64,000 bases of DNA. Source: Paramecium tetraurelia (lineage: Eukaryota). The stretch spans positions 124,001 to 188,000 of the forward strand of contig CT867985.1 of NCBI GenBank assembly GCA_000165425.1, in the 5' to 3' direction. Of the stretch, positions 1-15,529 are shown piece after piece. The position numbers and the translations under genes are program-made. Under the pieces are notes generated by a model. It worked only from the letters and a program-made list of their open reading frames with translations. It searched no databases and was not told the DNA's origin. Position 1 is the stretch's first letter, and every line of letters starts with the position of its first letter.

Positions 1-1842
1 ATATTAGAGTTTAAATGATTCATAGGAGGTTATTCTCTTTTATTTTCTCCATGCAGATAATTTTAGTTTGGCATTTCTAATAAATTATTATTTTTTTCAA
101 ATTAATTAGCATTAGCTTATTTTTATTGATTTTATTAGTCAAAAGTAGAATAAATGTAGTTCTAATTAATATTATTTTACTATTAGTTTTACTTTTATTA
201 TTAAAATGATGATTACTAATATTATTATTACTAATATTACTAAAATTACTACTATTATTATTATTATTATTATTATTATTACTGTTAATTTACATATGAT
301 CCTAATTTTGTTGGTGTCATGTATTACTAATTATCTGGATTGGGAGTTTGAAATTAATTGTTCCAATAATCCTCAATTTCTTTTTATTTTTTCTATTTTT
401 ATAATTATTCTTCAGCTTCTAATCTATTTTATTCTTATTTTAGTTATTCTAGTTTTAATTGCTCTCTTTTCTTCTCTTCTAATCTTATTTATTCTTACTT
501 AATTTATTCCTATCTAATTTATTCTTATTTCTCTTGCTCCTTTCTTTCATTCTCCCTTTTTTATTCTTCAATCCTCAACTATTCCTACTTAATTTACTCT
601 TCTCTAATTTTGGCTAATCTTAATTCTTCTTCTTACTATCTCTTAATTTCTTCTTATTTTTTTTATTCTTCAATTTATTTCTATTATATTTATGAATGTT
701 ATTATTGTATTTTTGATTCTTCGATAGCTCTTCTTAGCATCTCATCTTCATTTTAAAATTATGAATATTGTTATTACTATAAATTTTGTTACTTTAATTC
801 TTTCTATTATTTAGGAGGTGGGTAATCAAAATCCTTATTTTATATTTTCTAAATATGAGCTAATGTCTTCTTTTTCAATGAATTATAAGCTCCTGGAGTA
901 CATTCCTTTTCAAGATAACCATAATAATATTTTTAGAATTTCTATACAAAATCTTTAAGGGAATAGAGTTCTGCTAGTTCATCCTCATTTAAAACGCCAT
1001 CATACTGTTCTGCTTTACGGATGAGATTTTCAAACGACTTTTCCATTACATTCATAGATTCACTATAAGTAACTAAAACTTCATTTATGTATCCCATATC
1101 AGAATCATTAACCAAGGTTTCATTAATCATCTCAATGTCTTATTAAATTGCCTATTTTCTTTGATCTTAAGTAGGATATTTAGTTTACTTAGTTAAAGCA
1201 TGGTTTCATCCCTTTATTTATTATTATCAAGTTGTTTTGAAATAGGTTCTTGGGAAGCCTTATTAGGATCAAATGGCAAAATGAGACTTGATGAAGGTGG
1301 GAATTTAACCTAATATTTTGTATAAGGCATATACTCCCATTTAAAGTAATTCGTCATATTGGATTTTGAATTTAGTGGGTGAACCTTTTGAATCTTTTGG
1401 AAATTTGGTGGCAAGATGTTCAACCAATTCAAGGGCCAAGTTTAAGAATTCAACACTTGATTGGGGATCTAAATTGATATTGGATAGAACCTTATCCTTG
1501 AAATAAATCAGCACCGCGATTGGGATTGCCATCCCCTAATTTATGAGTACAGATATTTCCAATGAATGTCAACAAAGGTCTAGTTTAAATGTATTTGTTT
1601 ATAAATTTGGCAGATTTGATAACGATTGCATCTTTGATAAGCTAAGATATGATTGATAATACTCTCAAGATTAATAATTTCCTCAAGGGTGGTTCATTTG
1701 AATTGAAAACATGGAGAGCATATTCAATGGTGGCATCAATTAATTCAGGGTCATTAGCATGAAGTTTGTCAATGATTTTTTATGCATTTCTATTGTAGGC
1801 AGCTTTGTCTTGAGTGGCAGTTTGTATTTATATTTGTTGCAT
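1..1842 (-). CDS. Hypothetical protein, 3' end outside window: helical N-terminus (possibly VHS/GAT-like), coiled coil and Gln-rich C-terminal part
   Basis: In ciliate code the minus strand reads MQQIQIQTATQDKAAYNRNAQKIIDKLHANDPELID... from ATG 1842, with a 21-nt GTA..TAG intron near 1640-1660. Track ORFs 1341-1532 and 942-1130 are in-frame pieces. E/K/Q-rich stretch at ~400-760, poly-Q at ~180-300. The domain guess is weak inference. Confidence 0.7.
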
Positions 1843-1849
1843 TAATAAT

Positions 1850-2941
1850 ATGAATTAAATTTTGTAAATACCTCCAAAGTATTATGCAAATTTCAATAAG
1901 AGTCAACCAAAGGAATATTGGGATTATGATAATTTTGAGAATGAATGGGGAGTATAACTAAATATTTAATGTTAATAGGATAGTGATTAATATGAAGTGA
2001 TAAGGAAGATAGGGAGGGGGAAATATTCAGATGTGTATGAAGGAATCAAGTATCCTTAAGGGACAAGAGTAGTGATTAAAGTGTTGAAACCAGTGAAGAA
2101 ATAGAAAATAAAAAGAGAAACTAAAATATTACTCACAATTAGAGGTCATCCAAATGTGATAGAGTTGTCAGACATTGTCAGAGATCCATCATCTAAAACA
2201 CCATGTTTGATTTTTGATTACATCGATCATGTTGATTTTAGAAGTTTGTTTCCTAAATTAACTGATTATGAAATAAGATTCTACCTTTTCGAATTAATTA
2301 AAGCCTTAGACTATTGCCATTCAAAAGGTATTATGCATAGAGATGTAAAACCACAAAATATAATTGTTGATCCAAAAAAGAAATTGTTAAAATTACTTGA
2401 TTTTGGTTTGGCTGAATATTACCATCCAGGACAAGATTACAACGTGAGAGTTGCATCACGTTATTTCAAAGGACCAGAATTATTAGTTGATAATGTATAT
2501 TATGATTATTCATTGGATATATGGAGCACTGGAGCAATGATGGCATCTATGGTATCTAATTTAGATAACCTTAGATCTTTAAAAAAGAACCTTTTTTTTA
2601 AGGTTAGGATAATTATGACTAATTGGTTGTGATATCTAAAGTGTTGGGAACTGAAGAGTTACAAGCTTACATTAAGAAATATAGAATTAGATTGGATCCT
2701 GTATTGGAATCTAAATTAGGAAAGTAACTATAGAATCTCTGTTTATTAGTTATCCAAAGAAGGAATGGGTTAAATTTATAAATGCTGAAAATAAACATTT
2801 GTGTAGTGAGGAGGCTATTGATATTCTCTCAAGAATGCTCGTTTATGATCATGTAAAACTATTCATCTATTTCAGGCCCTCAGAATCACACCTAAAGATG
2901 CAATGGATCATCCATATTTCTTACCTGTCAAAGGTAAATGA
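1850..2941 (+). CDS. CSNK2A1: Casein kinase II catalytic subunit alpha
   Basis: [26 protein letters not shown]..., [65 protein letters not shown]; four short GT..AG introns; TGA 2939-2941. Confidence 0.97.
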
Positions 2942-2989
2942 TTATCATTATCATTGTTATTAAATTTATCATAAATAAACAATCATCAA

Positions 2990-5213
2990 TCATCCTGGCA
3001 GCCTTTTACTCTTTCCATTTAGAAGTTTTCTGATGAATGGTAGAGGTGTCCCTATACTCTATTGCATATTATCTAGAATTGGAAAATTGTATATAGTTTT
3101 CTTCGGAATTATTTAAGTAATGTTGATTTATTCAATTGTCTAATTAAATGGAGAACCACTTAAATGAGATGAGGCTCTCTGTTTGTTTTCAAATCTGAAC
3201 GACTACAATAACTTGCTATTTGTTCTCCCTCTCTTCTGAATCAAATTCCTGCTCTCATTACTGTTGGCATTCTTAGATCGAAATTCCCAATTCTGAATAC
3301 TCAAATCAGGATACAATGATGGACGTGGCTAATCTCTAATTAACATCTATTAATTACTTTTTGGTCAGCAAATATAAGGGAGTGGCCTTAATTCTCCTTG
3401 ATACACTCTACACTTTCATATGTTTAAAAATAGCATCTCCTTATTCTATCAAATTCTAATGGCTTAATTCCTTCTTCATTTGATTCTAAAGTTCGTTCAA
3501 CTTCTCCTTATCATAATCTTCGAATATCTCTGCATCGGATTAACTATTATTCTCATCATCGGAATCATGTTTTACTTCTGTTTATTCTACTTTCAATGAC
3601 ATTTCATTTATTTTCTTTAGCAATTGATTTGATTCTATAATTCATATCTTTAGCCTTACTTAATTATTTTTAATGCTATTGTTTCATATTCAAATACAGA
3701 AATATTGTTTCTGCTATGCAAAATCCACTTTTTACCCAATCACAACTCATGAATCTCACATTCTTTCCCTTTTAATAACCACAAAACGAAGCTTCTATGG
3801 TATAGCAAATAGATTCAATAAATTAATTAGCATAAGCTCTAGCTGTTCCCATTTTAAATTTTGGTATTCCAAATTCACACGATCTGAATCGAAATGAATC
3901 CAATCTTTATTAAAGAATCAATGGAATTATCTTGGTTTCAGAACTAAGTGTAGGACAATACATAAATATATTCTTCCTGACCTAATGACCATGAAAATCA
4001 AAATAGCCAATTAGTTTTTATTGATTATCTTCAATCAAACATTTCAATGCTTTCACTTCTGGTAATAATGTCAGATCTGCCTCCTAAAATTATCTATTTA
4101 GATCTACTCCACTTAAACCATTTCTGTAATTGCCTACTATTACTCCATCTGGATTCAACATTGGTATTATCTTAAAAATTATGCTGTTTTGTTATATAAA
4201 ATTTATACTTTTTCCTTAGATATTAGGCCATGAAAGATTCGCCTAACAAAAATGAGATAAAACCTTATATCATATAAGAACTGCAAGTTTCAGACGGATG
4301 CACTCTAGCTGTTAAAATAATAATCTTTTTATTCTTGTCGATAGATTTATCAGTGATTATTATTAGAGGCAACACCAATCCAGATAAAGTATTTGATATT
4401 TTTAATTTAGTGAAATATTGTTTTGATGATTTACTCCATTTTTTAATTTTATTTATTAACTAACTGTAAGTGTAAGGTGGCAGAGTTGCAAATGAGACTT
4501 CATCATTTTCATACTCAAAATAATATGCAAAGGAGAGTATAAAGTATTAGCCTTGTTATTGATATTTGATGTTATCACCTTATTGAGTAAAATATTTGAT
4601 TTTACTCTTTTCTGATAATACATAAGGTTTCATTCCTTTAATATATAAGCTTTGAGGTTTTGTGAAATTGCAAATATTAAATTTGACTTTTCTTTATTCA
4701 TTTTATGTTATTTTAAAATAAAACCAATTACTATGACCTATAGAATTGGTATCAATTCTCATATATAAATTATATTCGTCATTTGAAATCTAACAATATG
4801 ATTGAATTAATTACTTAATCAACTCGATCAAGATTGCCAGATTCGAAGTTAGAATCAAATTTCATTCCTTATTTTATCATCCCAACAAAAGGTCTGTAAA
4901 TTTTCGGTATTTAAATTTCAAAATCCTATTGTTCCTCTGTATTATTAATTAGCATATGAATTTATTTAGTATTATAGAATGGTTAGCTCAAGTAAATCGT
5001 TTTATTGTTAGTCATAGCTTTTGGAACATCTAAGTTTAAAAAGCGACATTATTTTTTTGATTCTTAAATCATGGGCTTATTTTCAAAAGTGTTATTGCCT
5101 TCTACATTATTTTAGACGGTTTTGGATTTTTTAATGGATTGTTCTAAATCTTATTGATCAATATCATTCGATGAATCAAATCCTTCTCTTGAACTGCATT
5201 GTTTAAGAATCAT
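2990..5213 (-). CDS. Cytosolic carboxypeptidase (M14D, CCP/Nna1/AGBL family; probable tubulin deglutamylase)
   Basis: [25 protein letters not shown] (zinc H/E), [38 protein letters not shown] (catalytic Glu); low-complexity C-terminal tail. Confidence 0.92.
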
Positions 5214-5386
5214 TTATATAAAATTATCATTTAAGGGGTATTTAATTATTGATTATATATGTGAAGATTAACTAAATATTGGAAGAGAATCTAAATTACA
5301 GAATTCTAAGACAATTCAAGTTACAAACGGAAATTGAAAATAATTATTAATCAAAAAATAACACGTTGCATTAATTTATTTATTTA

Positions 5387-6014
5387 ATGTTTGTTCTTCT
5401 CCTATTTTCAACCATTTAAGCACTTTCAACTGGATTAGATGGTGGCAAAGAATTGTGTATGGGAGTCTAAGGAAAGAGAACGGCATTATTCTAAATCTCT
5501 TTTGTGGTCTCTGGATTCTAGGAAGACAACATTGAGATGAAAGTAAAATTGGAAATATTAAATTTTAGTTCTATTCTCCAAGAAAAACTCTTTTGAAATC
5601 TAGTATAAAATAGAAGGAAGGCAATTATAAAGAAATAATGACAGATGATGGATAATACGAAGTCTGCTTCAAATCATTAGATAAATATTATAAATTGATT
5701 AGTTTTAACTTTGACTTTGTAGAAGAAAACGATTTGGCATTGGCAGGTAAATCATTATCTTTATGTGAATAGAAACTATGGATTAAATGGCTGAAGATAT
5801 GAAATAAGCTTATAGAAGTTTAAAAACAATCTAAAATAATTAACATTATTAAAACGATAGAGAAAATGAACATTAGAGAATGCTAGAATCAACAGAAAAG
5901 AAGTTATGGTGGTGTTCAGCAGGCAAGATGGGAGCTTTAATTGTGATTTGCATTTCTCAAATTTATATGTTAACAGGATACTTCAAAGGGAAATCATTTG
6001 GTCCAAATGTTTGA
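5387..6014 (+). CDS. p24/emp24/TMED family GOLD-domain cargo receptor
   Basis: Signal peptide MFVLLLFSTIQA, GOLD motifs (KELC..., DGQYEVCF), coiled coil with QNDRENEHQRMLESTEKKLWW, TM helix, tail QIYMLTGYFKGKSFGPNV*; two short introns. Confidence 0.9.
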
Positions 6015-6039
6015 GATTTTTATATAAATTAATATATTT

Positions 6040-7674
6040 ATGGATTAAAAGCAAGATCATGCAAATACCATTCTGACTTAATTGGAGTCAGCAGAAACCC
6101 TAAACTCTCTGGAAGTGGCTAAATCTTTGTCTATTAATCATTAAGATCTTGTTGGGTGTCTATTGCAATTAGAATCTGCAAATTATATTAAGACAGAAGT
6201 ACAAAGAATATTAATTATGATTAGGGATTAAAATAGGATTAATTGATCTTAACTGATGAAGGCAATACCATATTAAACTCTCAATCAGGAGAGTATGAAA
6301 TCTATTAGAAAGTACCAGAAGCAGGAATATCAATGGTTGATTTATAAAAGGTATTTGGAATTGAACAAGTGCCTAAAGTGAAATAGGAATAAGGAGAAAA
6401 GAAAGAAAAATAAGTTGAAGATCCAAAAAAAAGGTAATTTGATTAAGGTTTTGGAAATGCTAAGAAGATGGGCTATATTAAGATGGATAAAGGAGTGATA
6501 ACTAAAGTTGCTAATGATTTGCCTGATAAAATTAAATTGGAATTATAATCATTTAACACTATTAAATTAGGCTCATAATAAGCTAAATTATTAGTTGAAA
6601 GGAAACTCGCTATGATTTCTACTATTAAATATTTTGAAATCAAAAAAGGGTTTAAATACGCTCCAAAATTCAGAGAATAATTTGCAGCTTTAACTACAGA
6701 GTAATTATTAAGTGGAGAGTGGAAAGAGTGTGAATACAAAAGCATTAATTTAAATGCTGAAGGAGAAAAGAGTAATTAGTCTAATTAATAATAATAGTTT
6801 CTATGGGTAATTTGCATCCACTTTTAAAGGTAAGGAAATAGTTTTCATAAATACTTATTGGATTAGGATTTGAAGAAATGCCAACCAATCAATTTGTGGA
6901 ATCTTCTTTCTGGAATTTCGATGCTCTATTTTAACCATAAAAACATCCAGCAAGAGATGCTCATGATACTTTCTTTTGCAGCGATCCAGAATTGAGTGAA
7001 GAGGTTGACACAACTCTTAGAGATAAGGTTAAATCTATGCATTAGACAGGAGGTGTTGGTAGTATTGGGTATCAATATGAATGGTCACATGAAGAATCCA
7101 GAAAAAATATATTAAGAACTCATACAACAGCTGTCTCTTCCAAAATGTTATATAGAATTGCATAACAATATAAAGAAAAGGGTTACTTCCCAAAGAAATA
7201 CTTTAGTATTGATAAAGTGTTTAGAAATGAAACTTTAGATGCTACTCATTTGGCTGAATTTCACTAGATTGAAGGAGTTGTCATTGATAAGAATGCTTCA
7301 TTAGGATAACTAATGGGTATTATTAGAGAGTTCTTTAGATAAATTGGAATTAATAAATTGTGGTTTAAACCAACATATAATCCATATACCGAGCCGAGTA
7401 TGGAAATTTATGGTAAAATATATTCTAAATTTTTGTAGGATATCATCCTGTTCTAAAAAAGAAAGTAGAGATAGGCAATTCTGGTGTGTTTAGACCTGAA
7501 ATGTTGGCACCTCTTGGATTTCCAGAAGATGTGAATGTAATTGCATGGGGATTGGGATTGGAAAGACCCACTATGATTTATTACGACATTCGAGATATTA
7601 GAACTATGGTTGGACCAGAAGTCAAAGTTGAAACTGTTAGATCTAATGCTTTCTGTGTCTTTGAAAGTAAGTGA
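6040..7674 (+). CDS. FARSA: Phenylalanine--tRNA ligase alpha subunit (cytosolic)
   Basis: [110 protein letters not shown]. Confidence 0.97.
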
Positions 7675-7710
7675 TATATTTTAATATAAATATTATATAC
7701 AAATGCATTA

Positions 7711-10700
7711 TCATTCCTTAGCAATTTTGCCTCTTTTCATTAATAATTTATTCTTTTTCTACATCAACTTGGTTTTCATCTTTCTTTATCTTTTTTCCTA
7801 AAATTTCTAAGGGTCTTTTATTGCTAACATCTTCGTTTATATCTTCCTCTCCCCTTTCACTTTATTTAACTCTTGTTAAATTACAGAATACATAGATATG
7901 AATTCTTGAGGTCCTAGCTATTTCTCTATCAATTTCAAAATCTAATAATTTATATTTAATATAGTACCTAGTCTATTATTGGCATATCTTATTATAATGA
8001 TTGAATTTTCAATGTGCTCTCTATCATTTTTTGATTGCTTTCAAATCCATTACTCATTATGTATTTGTAAAATTCCATTAAATTTTCAATTCCTTTATTT
8101 AATTTTAATTATTTCGCCATTAAATTTGTTGTAATTTTTAATATACAATCAAAAATTAATTGAATTAGAGATTGCTGGTTTAATTCTTTTAATAAATTTA
8201 GATAATCTAAAATAAATTAGAATGTTAGTTCTTGATTTACAATAATTTGATTTCTTGCAAATTTTATTAAGAAGAGATATTTGGTTATATTTTACATGTT
8301 TTTGACAATGTGGTCTTGTTAAATTTAAATTTGAGTATGAATAATTGCTAAGTGCTTAGATCTTATAAATAATTAAATAGCCTGATTTGCAGTTTCTTAG
8401 TGTGGATATGATAAACATTTGAATAATTTACAAATAGTATTTTATTCATAAATTAAAATTAATTAGCTTTCATCAATTACATTTAGAAGTTTTAATAAAG
8501 AACAGAGTGATTCTTATAACTCTGGAAATTCTGAGACTGATATTGCCTCTAATTCATTAGCCCATTGACTATTTTTTAGGTTTTTGTTTTGAATATTCTT
8601 GGCTTAGATTGTATTTTTCCATTCATTCCAATTAGTGATACACTTATCAATTAACTCATTTGAAGATAAAATGAATTTAGATTAATAATACTTCAGATGA
8701 TCTTTTAAAATATATAAACTCTCTAAGCCTGATATTTAAACCTTTAATTTCTCATTTGTCATCCAAATCAAAGAATTTTGAGTAAATTTCATAATTTTAT
8801 CTTAAGTAGTCTTCTATATCAATATATTTAACACATTGCTCAGTTGTTCTTTTAGAGAATCTACATCTTCTTTAACCAATGCCACAATCAAAGAGAAATA
8901 TGAAATTTCTGATAATTTATTAACAGTATCTTATGGGAAAAACTAGAATATTTATTACAAGCATTAAAGGATGATTTACCTTCCACCAAAATATTTATAC
9001 TATAGATTTGCAATTATAAAATCATAATGTTATTATAAGACTTAACTTGATAAAGGATATTTTATTAGAAAATTAATGTAAATTTATTAGGATAGATGTT
9101 ACGTCTTTTTGGTTGTTTATAACATGGATTCTCTAACTTTCATAATGATATCATAAATTTATGGCAATGGCCAAATTTCATGAATAATCAATTTCAAGCA
9201 TTCTAATGCTTCATTGGATTCTAAATAGAGATCTATAAAATGAACTAATGTTTTTTATTATTGTAAAGTGAATTCATTGAGCTTGCTATCTAAAATAGCT
9301 TTTAATAAGAGAAATGAATCCCTGATAAATTATTCATCAGTTGATGTTATAGTAGATAAGCATTACATAGCATTTTAGACAATCTATTTTTTAAATTAGG
9401 TGACCCAATCGAACTTTTTGATCATTGCTGAAATGACTGATACACATTCGGTAATCATGTCTTTATGACTTAGACAATCTAAAATGATTGAGAACATCTT
9501 CTATAAAAGAGGAGAATCTTCAACATTTTAAATATTATGGTGAAGAAGCTTGATGCTAAGAAAATTTACAAGGCCATAAATAATTGTACTTGATGTTTTC
9601 AATTTGTTTTATTTGATGTAAGTAGATATAGATTATGATCCATAGGATGGTAATTAAATTGTCATAATATCTTCTTTAGTAATTCGTTTATAGGTTCCTT
9701 GAGCATAAGTAAAATCTAAATTGTGACTTTATTTCAAGGAATCTGCTAGTTTATAACTAGTTTCGCAAATCATGAGATAGATTACTTAAACTAAGTTTTG
9801 AACCGATGAATTATTAATTAATCCTAAATATAGATGTTCAAAGATAAGTCGAAGTTTGCTTTATAAATTGTGAGAAATCTAATATTGAGTAATATAATAA
9901 TCTATAGTTCCAATTAATTTAGGTAGTGAATTAACAAAATTAATTAATTGACCAACCATTTTAAAATTCTGCATTCCTTTTTTACTTTTAAGTTCTTTAG
10001 TTTTCTTAGGTAAAGTCTCAGTATCTTTTTCTGTGCATAATCTTCCGAATACCTCATCTAATAATATTTCCATTATTTCTTCTAAGCAATTGTCAATTTG
10101 ACCAATTTCGGTGATTTATTCTAATAATAATCCTAAAGTATAAGATAGAACATGATTTTCAAATCCTTAAATAAGTATAGATTTCATTTAAATGATGATG
10201 AATTTTAAAAATATAGGTCCAATTTTTCTACTTAAATCCAATAAGCATTTTCTGGTTTCATCTCTCACGTCATTATCTTTACTCTTCAATAACCTACATA
10301 ATTTGCCAACAAGTCTATTTAATTCTACCATGAAGTTTTCAGGTGGCAATTATATAATCAATTCTGTCAAAGATATACATAGTTACACTCTATGTTTTTC
10401 ATCCAATAAAAATAGATTTTTTAAAGGTAAATAAATTTACTTTAATAATATATTTGATCTTTCCTACCATTCCTAAATTTCATCAACAGTAATATCTATA
10501 ATTTAATTCCAAAATTGATTAGAAACATCTTTGATTTCTCTAACTTTTGCTAAATCCTTCTCTTGTTAAATTAAGCTTCTATAACTGAATTCAAAATCGA
10601 TGATTTGAGCATTTTATTATTCATCCTCAATACTTATGTATTATTGCAAGTAATCCTATAATTTTGATTCTGAATTCATTTGCAATCTTTCTTTAATCAA

Positions 10701-13700
10701 TTTGATGACATTAAAATTGTCATCTTTATTAGAAGCAATCACTGTAATTGTCTTAATAAGAGCATTTGACAATTATTGTTTATTCCCTATCATGCTCTTC
10801 TCTAACTTTTTAGTCAATTATTGCATGAGACTTATTCTTCTATCAAAATCAAATTGGCTACAGATGTACCCATACATTTAAATAGAAACATCTTGTAAAG
10901 TTAAATAGTGTGATTTATTAGCGTCTGTCAATTTGTGTTTATGATTATTCAATTCACCTCCTGCGTAAAATATATAAAAATCTAAAAGAGGCAACATAAT
11001 TTTAGATATTGAATCAATCAAAAGAATTGGAATTTATGACAATCTTTTCTAAATCAATTGAACACCCTTGATTCTTTTGGTTAATTATATATCAAATAGT
11101 AAATTGAATACATTTTAATCGGCATTCTCATTCTCAAACAACACTTTAAATTCACAATAATTGCTATCATATTATTCATCAATCATATTTAATGGTTGAT
11201 TATTCAGAATTTATTATGTGTATTCATCTATCTTTATGCATAATAAATATTATTCAAATAATTAAATTGCAGCTTTAACTGAAGTTTCTTCGTTGATTTT
11301 CATTATTTAAATCATTTAAGGTAGATAATTTTATTTTATATAATCAGATTGTATATTCTTACTTAAATAACTCTTAAATATCTCTAAAACTGAAATTCTA
11401 ATTGATAATTCTGAACTTGTTAATAAATAAAAGCAATTTTATAAAATTAATTCAGTTGTTTGTTAATTATTGTGGATGATCTTTTAAAATTGTAAACAAG
11501 CCTCTAAGCACTTTTCAAATTCAATCTCTTCAGTTACCTGATTTCTTTAGTTCATTGCCTTTAATAGATAAACGTCGTTTTCATTTAAAGGGTATTATTC
11601 CTTAAATTTATGAGCCATCGAAATTATGACGTCTACTAATAGATTTCTTGTGGTCAAATTCTTAACTAAAATTAAGAGTTTTGAATATGACTAAAATAAA
11701 TCAACCACCAATTAGTACTCAACTACTATTTCTTTATCTAAAATGCATTTTATGCAGTTATTTAATAATTTACCCATTAAATTGTGATTATATATTTGAC
11801 TATCATACAATTTAGGATTATTTATTTATTTACTGAACAAAAATAAACATTCATTCAGAATTGAATTCTTAATTTCCTTTCTATTCATCAAAATTGTATA
11901 AATTAGATAAACCATATTGATATCTTTAATTTAATCACTCTCTGACTCAATATTAGAACGAACGTTGTTCAATAGACAACTTAATAATAGTTCACCATAT
12001 TGTTAGGAAAATAAAGAGCTAAGTTGATTTGGTTCTAATTCAATTGTTGCTGATGGTTCACTCAATTGATATATTGAATACAAAATACTATTTAGAATTT
12101 GAATACAATTTCTTTAGGATGAAATCTTTTGTGATATTTACTGTTTAAGTTAATGAGCCAATCGACCATCTTCATCCTAACCTAAATGAATTTGTTTGAT
12201 GTAAGTAAAATCATATAATAAGAAAAATCTACTAAGGAGTAATTCGTGATTTTAACATAGGAATTATTAATAATCTTTTATCAAACAAATATTTTAGAGT
12301 AATTTTAATACTCCAGATGGTTATGATTTAGAATCTATCACTATTTTCTCAAATCCTTAAATGAATCCGTTATCTTATAAACAGAATTATAAATTGTTTT
12401 AGATCATCGATGTATAAGTTTGTTCACAATGATACTTATTTACTATTTAACATAACCTTTTAACTCCCACCTTCCATAATTCTTTAGATAAGGAAGTAAC
12501 ATTTTCATTTTATTTTAATTCATATGCTTGATTTAATAATTGTCTAATTATAGTGATTTATTTCTCCAATTATTCAACATTAATTTAATAACCAAATTTC
12601 TCAATCAAATTCTTTAAAATTTTCAAATATTATATCTTTATTTGAATAGGCACTTCATTTAAATCATTATGAAAACCGTGGTTAGCTTATATCAAAGTAA
12701 TTAATTCATTTTATAAGTTTAGGTTGCTTAATTATTCAAATACTGCATTCCTTCTAACTTAAATGGCAGAATTCTTATGCTTTTTCTTGTGTAGTTTTTA
12801 TTTACTAAATATTTTTGGATATAAAACATTAAGAATATATAATTTATATTATTCTTATAAATGTTAAGGTAGATCCAATTAAAACCTTATGATTTCACCT
12901 TTAAATGTATTACCATTAATCATCTATTCCATACTACTGAAAAACTCATTAATAATACCATGATATTCTTATAAATTATTTTAGATCTCTACAAATTTTA
13001 TGTTATTTAATGCTATCATCTATGTCGATTCATCATCTTTTAGTAACCAATGTTTAAAAAGTTGAATTTAAGATGATTAATGTAACATTTTCAAATGAAA
13101 TTGAGATGTTTTATCGCCATACCTTCTCTTATAATATTATTCTACTTTACTACAATTAATATCTTCGTCATACTATTATTACAAATATTTTGTTGAAATT
13201 TCGAAGATAGTTTGTTTAATAGATTAATTCAATTCACAATGCTGAATAGCCTACGCAAATACTTCATCAAAACAAACTTAAGACTCTAATTATTCTTCAT
13301 CCTATTCTAAATAACAGTGTTTATCCAAATAAGACAAATTCACTTTTTCATATTAATAATGTGTAATCAAAAATATTCTCAAAATACTTTATATATTGCA
13401 TTTAGATAATACTGTGCTCAATAACTCTCTTATTGTTTATCTAACCAATAAAAATTTAGTAAATGCAAGCCCAAAAGCATATCTTTCAATTTATTTATAA
13501 TTTGTACTTTTATTAACTAAGTTTTTTAAATTAATTATTGAATTTTTAATTCTCCTCTCATTATCAATATTAATTTTCTCACTATCGATATCAATCATTA
13601 ATTGCAATTATTCGGAATTCTCTATTTAATTTAACTGTTATGCACAGATCAATCTAATTTATCTTTTTCTACTCATTAAACCAATTTCTAAATGATTCTA

Positions 13701-15508
13701 TGGAATATTTTTCATTAAAGTAAAGAATTCTTTTGTTTATAAATTCATTCTACTGAATAAATTATAAATAGATCTATTCAATTCAATTTATTTTATTTCT
13801 GGATTTTACAAAATTTTAATCATTATTCCATCTTCAAATGATTTATTGTCTTAATGTTATTCTGCATATAACAATTCAACTTCTTCTGTTATTTCTAATT
13901 TATGTTGGCTTAGTTTTTCGATTTTTTCTATTATTTCAGAATAATCTATTTTCTGATCTTAAGAAATTATTTTCTTATTTAAAATATTTAGAGTTACTTA
14001 CAATTTATTAATTATTTATTATTTAATCTATGGTGGAAATTCTACCATCTGAATTAATTTACATAATGAAAGTATGTAAAAATTGTTGTCGGTTTCCAAT
14101 AACTTGTTAAATAATTCTGAATTATATAATTGATCTAATTAATCAGGTGTCAATTTATCAATACAATGGATTTCATCTAATTTCAATAACAAAATTAATG
14201 CTTCTTCTTTTTATCTGAATAGCTACTAGAAAGTTGCTGCAATTAAGAGTTTATAAATATTGGAACTTTAATGAGTTGGCTATTACAAAATTACTTCAAT
14301 AATGCTGGAAAATTCTTCAATTGTAATTTAGTTAAGCATTTTATTTACAAATGTACTGTTTGAAATGATGATCTCTTCAATTTATATATTATGGAGTCTT
14401 AATAAATAACCAATAGAATCAGAATCATTAACAAATGTTATAATTTCATTTACGATTTAAGGTGTAACCTTCCTTTTATTATTTTTCAGTAGTTCAATCA
14501 AAATTATTTAATCGAGAGATTATGTTCTCTATTTTAAATCTTTAAATATTTCCAATAAACTAATCATGATTTTTGGAGATTAATGAGGTTTCTCAACGAC
14601 ATTTTGAACCAAGACTATATAAAATTATGAAATAAGTTCTTTATTTTCTGTCTTCCAAATTTCATCAATAACTTTAAAAGTATTGTTTGCTAAGTATCCT
14701 TTGATTGATTAAATAGAAATATAGATGGAGTAACTAAGCTATTTATGATCTACGATACACAAAGCTCTATGTATTAAGGTTCTATTTTTTCTAAATAAAT
14801 ATCCTACAGCCTCAGAGGCTAATTTCTTGATAATATTAAATTTTGAAGAGAAGCAGACTTCTTACATTAGTTAAATGAAAGGTTCAAATTAATTTATTAA
14901 CACTTTTTCTAAATATTTAATTGCATAAGCTATGAATAAGAAGCTCTTTTCTAAATGTTCTACTTATTCAATATCAATTTAAGATAAAATTTCTCTAATT
15001 GTTGTTTCTAAATATGGATAAAATTCTTCTCTCGTATCCTTAATTAAATATGGCAAGGTGTCGAGAACTAAATTTTTGCTACTCTAGAATATAGAATATT
15101 GATACCTTTTCTTTTAAGTAAGTATAAGCAATATCAAGTAATTATTTCAGATTGACTAAGATTTAAGGTAAGGATTATGCATAATTGTATGACTCATTCA
15201 TATACCTTTTTTCCATTAATGTAGCTATGAAAATAGATTATATGTATACATAAAGAGCTTCGCTTCAACTCAATGATGTCTCTAAAGTAACAACCAGAGA
15301 TATCTGATTTAGTTTCAATATGAATGTCTTCAATTCTACGTTAAAGATTAATATCAATTTCTTCTCTCTATTATTTTGTGGTTTTGAATCTGTGTCTTTT
15401 ATCAACTTTTTCCTCAAGATGATAGTGTCGGATAACTCTAGCTGCTTACTTTGGTTCCTATAGTGTTTCTTTTTTTGATTGACGCTTTGTAGGAATATAT
15501 TTAACCAT
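7711..15508 (-). CDS. UTP20: U3 snoRNA-associated protein 20 (large HEAT-repeat SSU processome protein)
   Basis: About 2550-aa helical ORF. N-terminal RHRFKT...REEIDI and SLPQILVNLKQLLD, IRKLASEAVGYLFR, RDETRKCLLD, GFENHVLSYTL, basic C-terminal tail. Size and motifs match UTP20 from memory. Confidence 0.85.
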
Positions 15509-15529
15509 AAATTAATAATTTAAGAGCAA

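Noticed and set aside
206..502. Ile-rich 'membrane protein' ORF on + in the track
   Set aside because: Antisense shadow of the poly-Q/coiled-coil (TAA-rich) region of the minus-strand gene.
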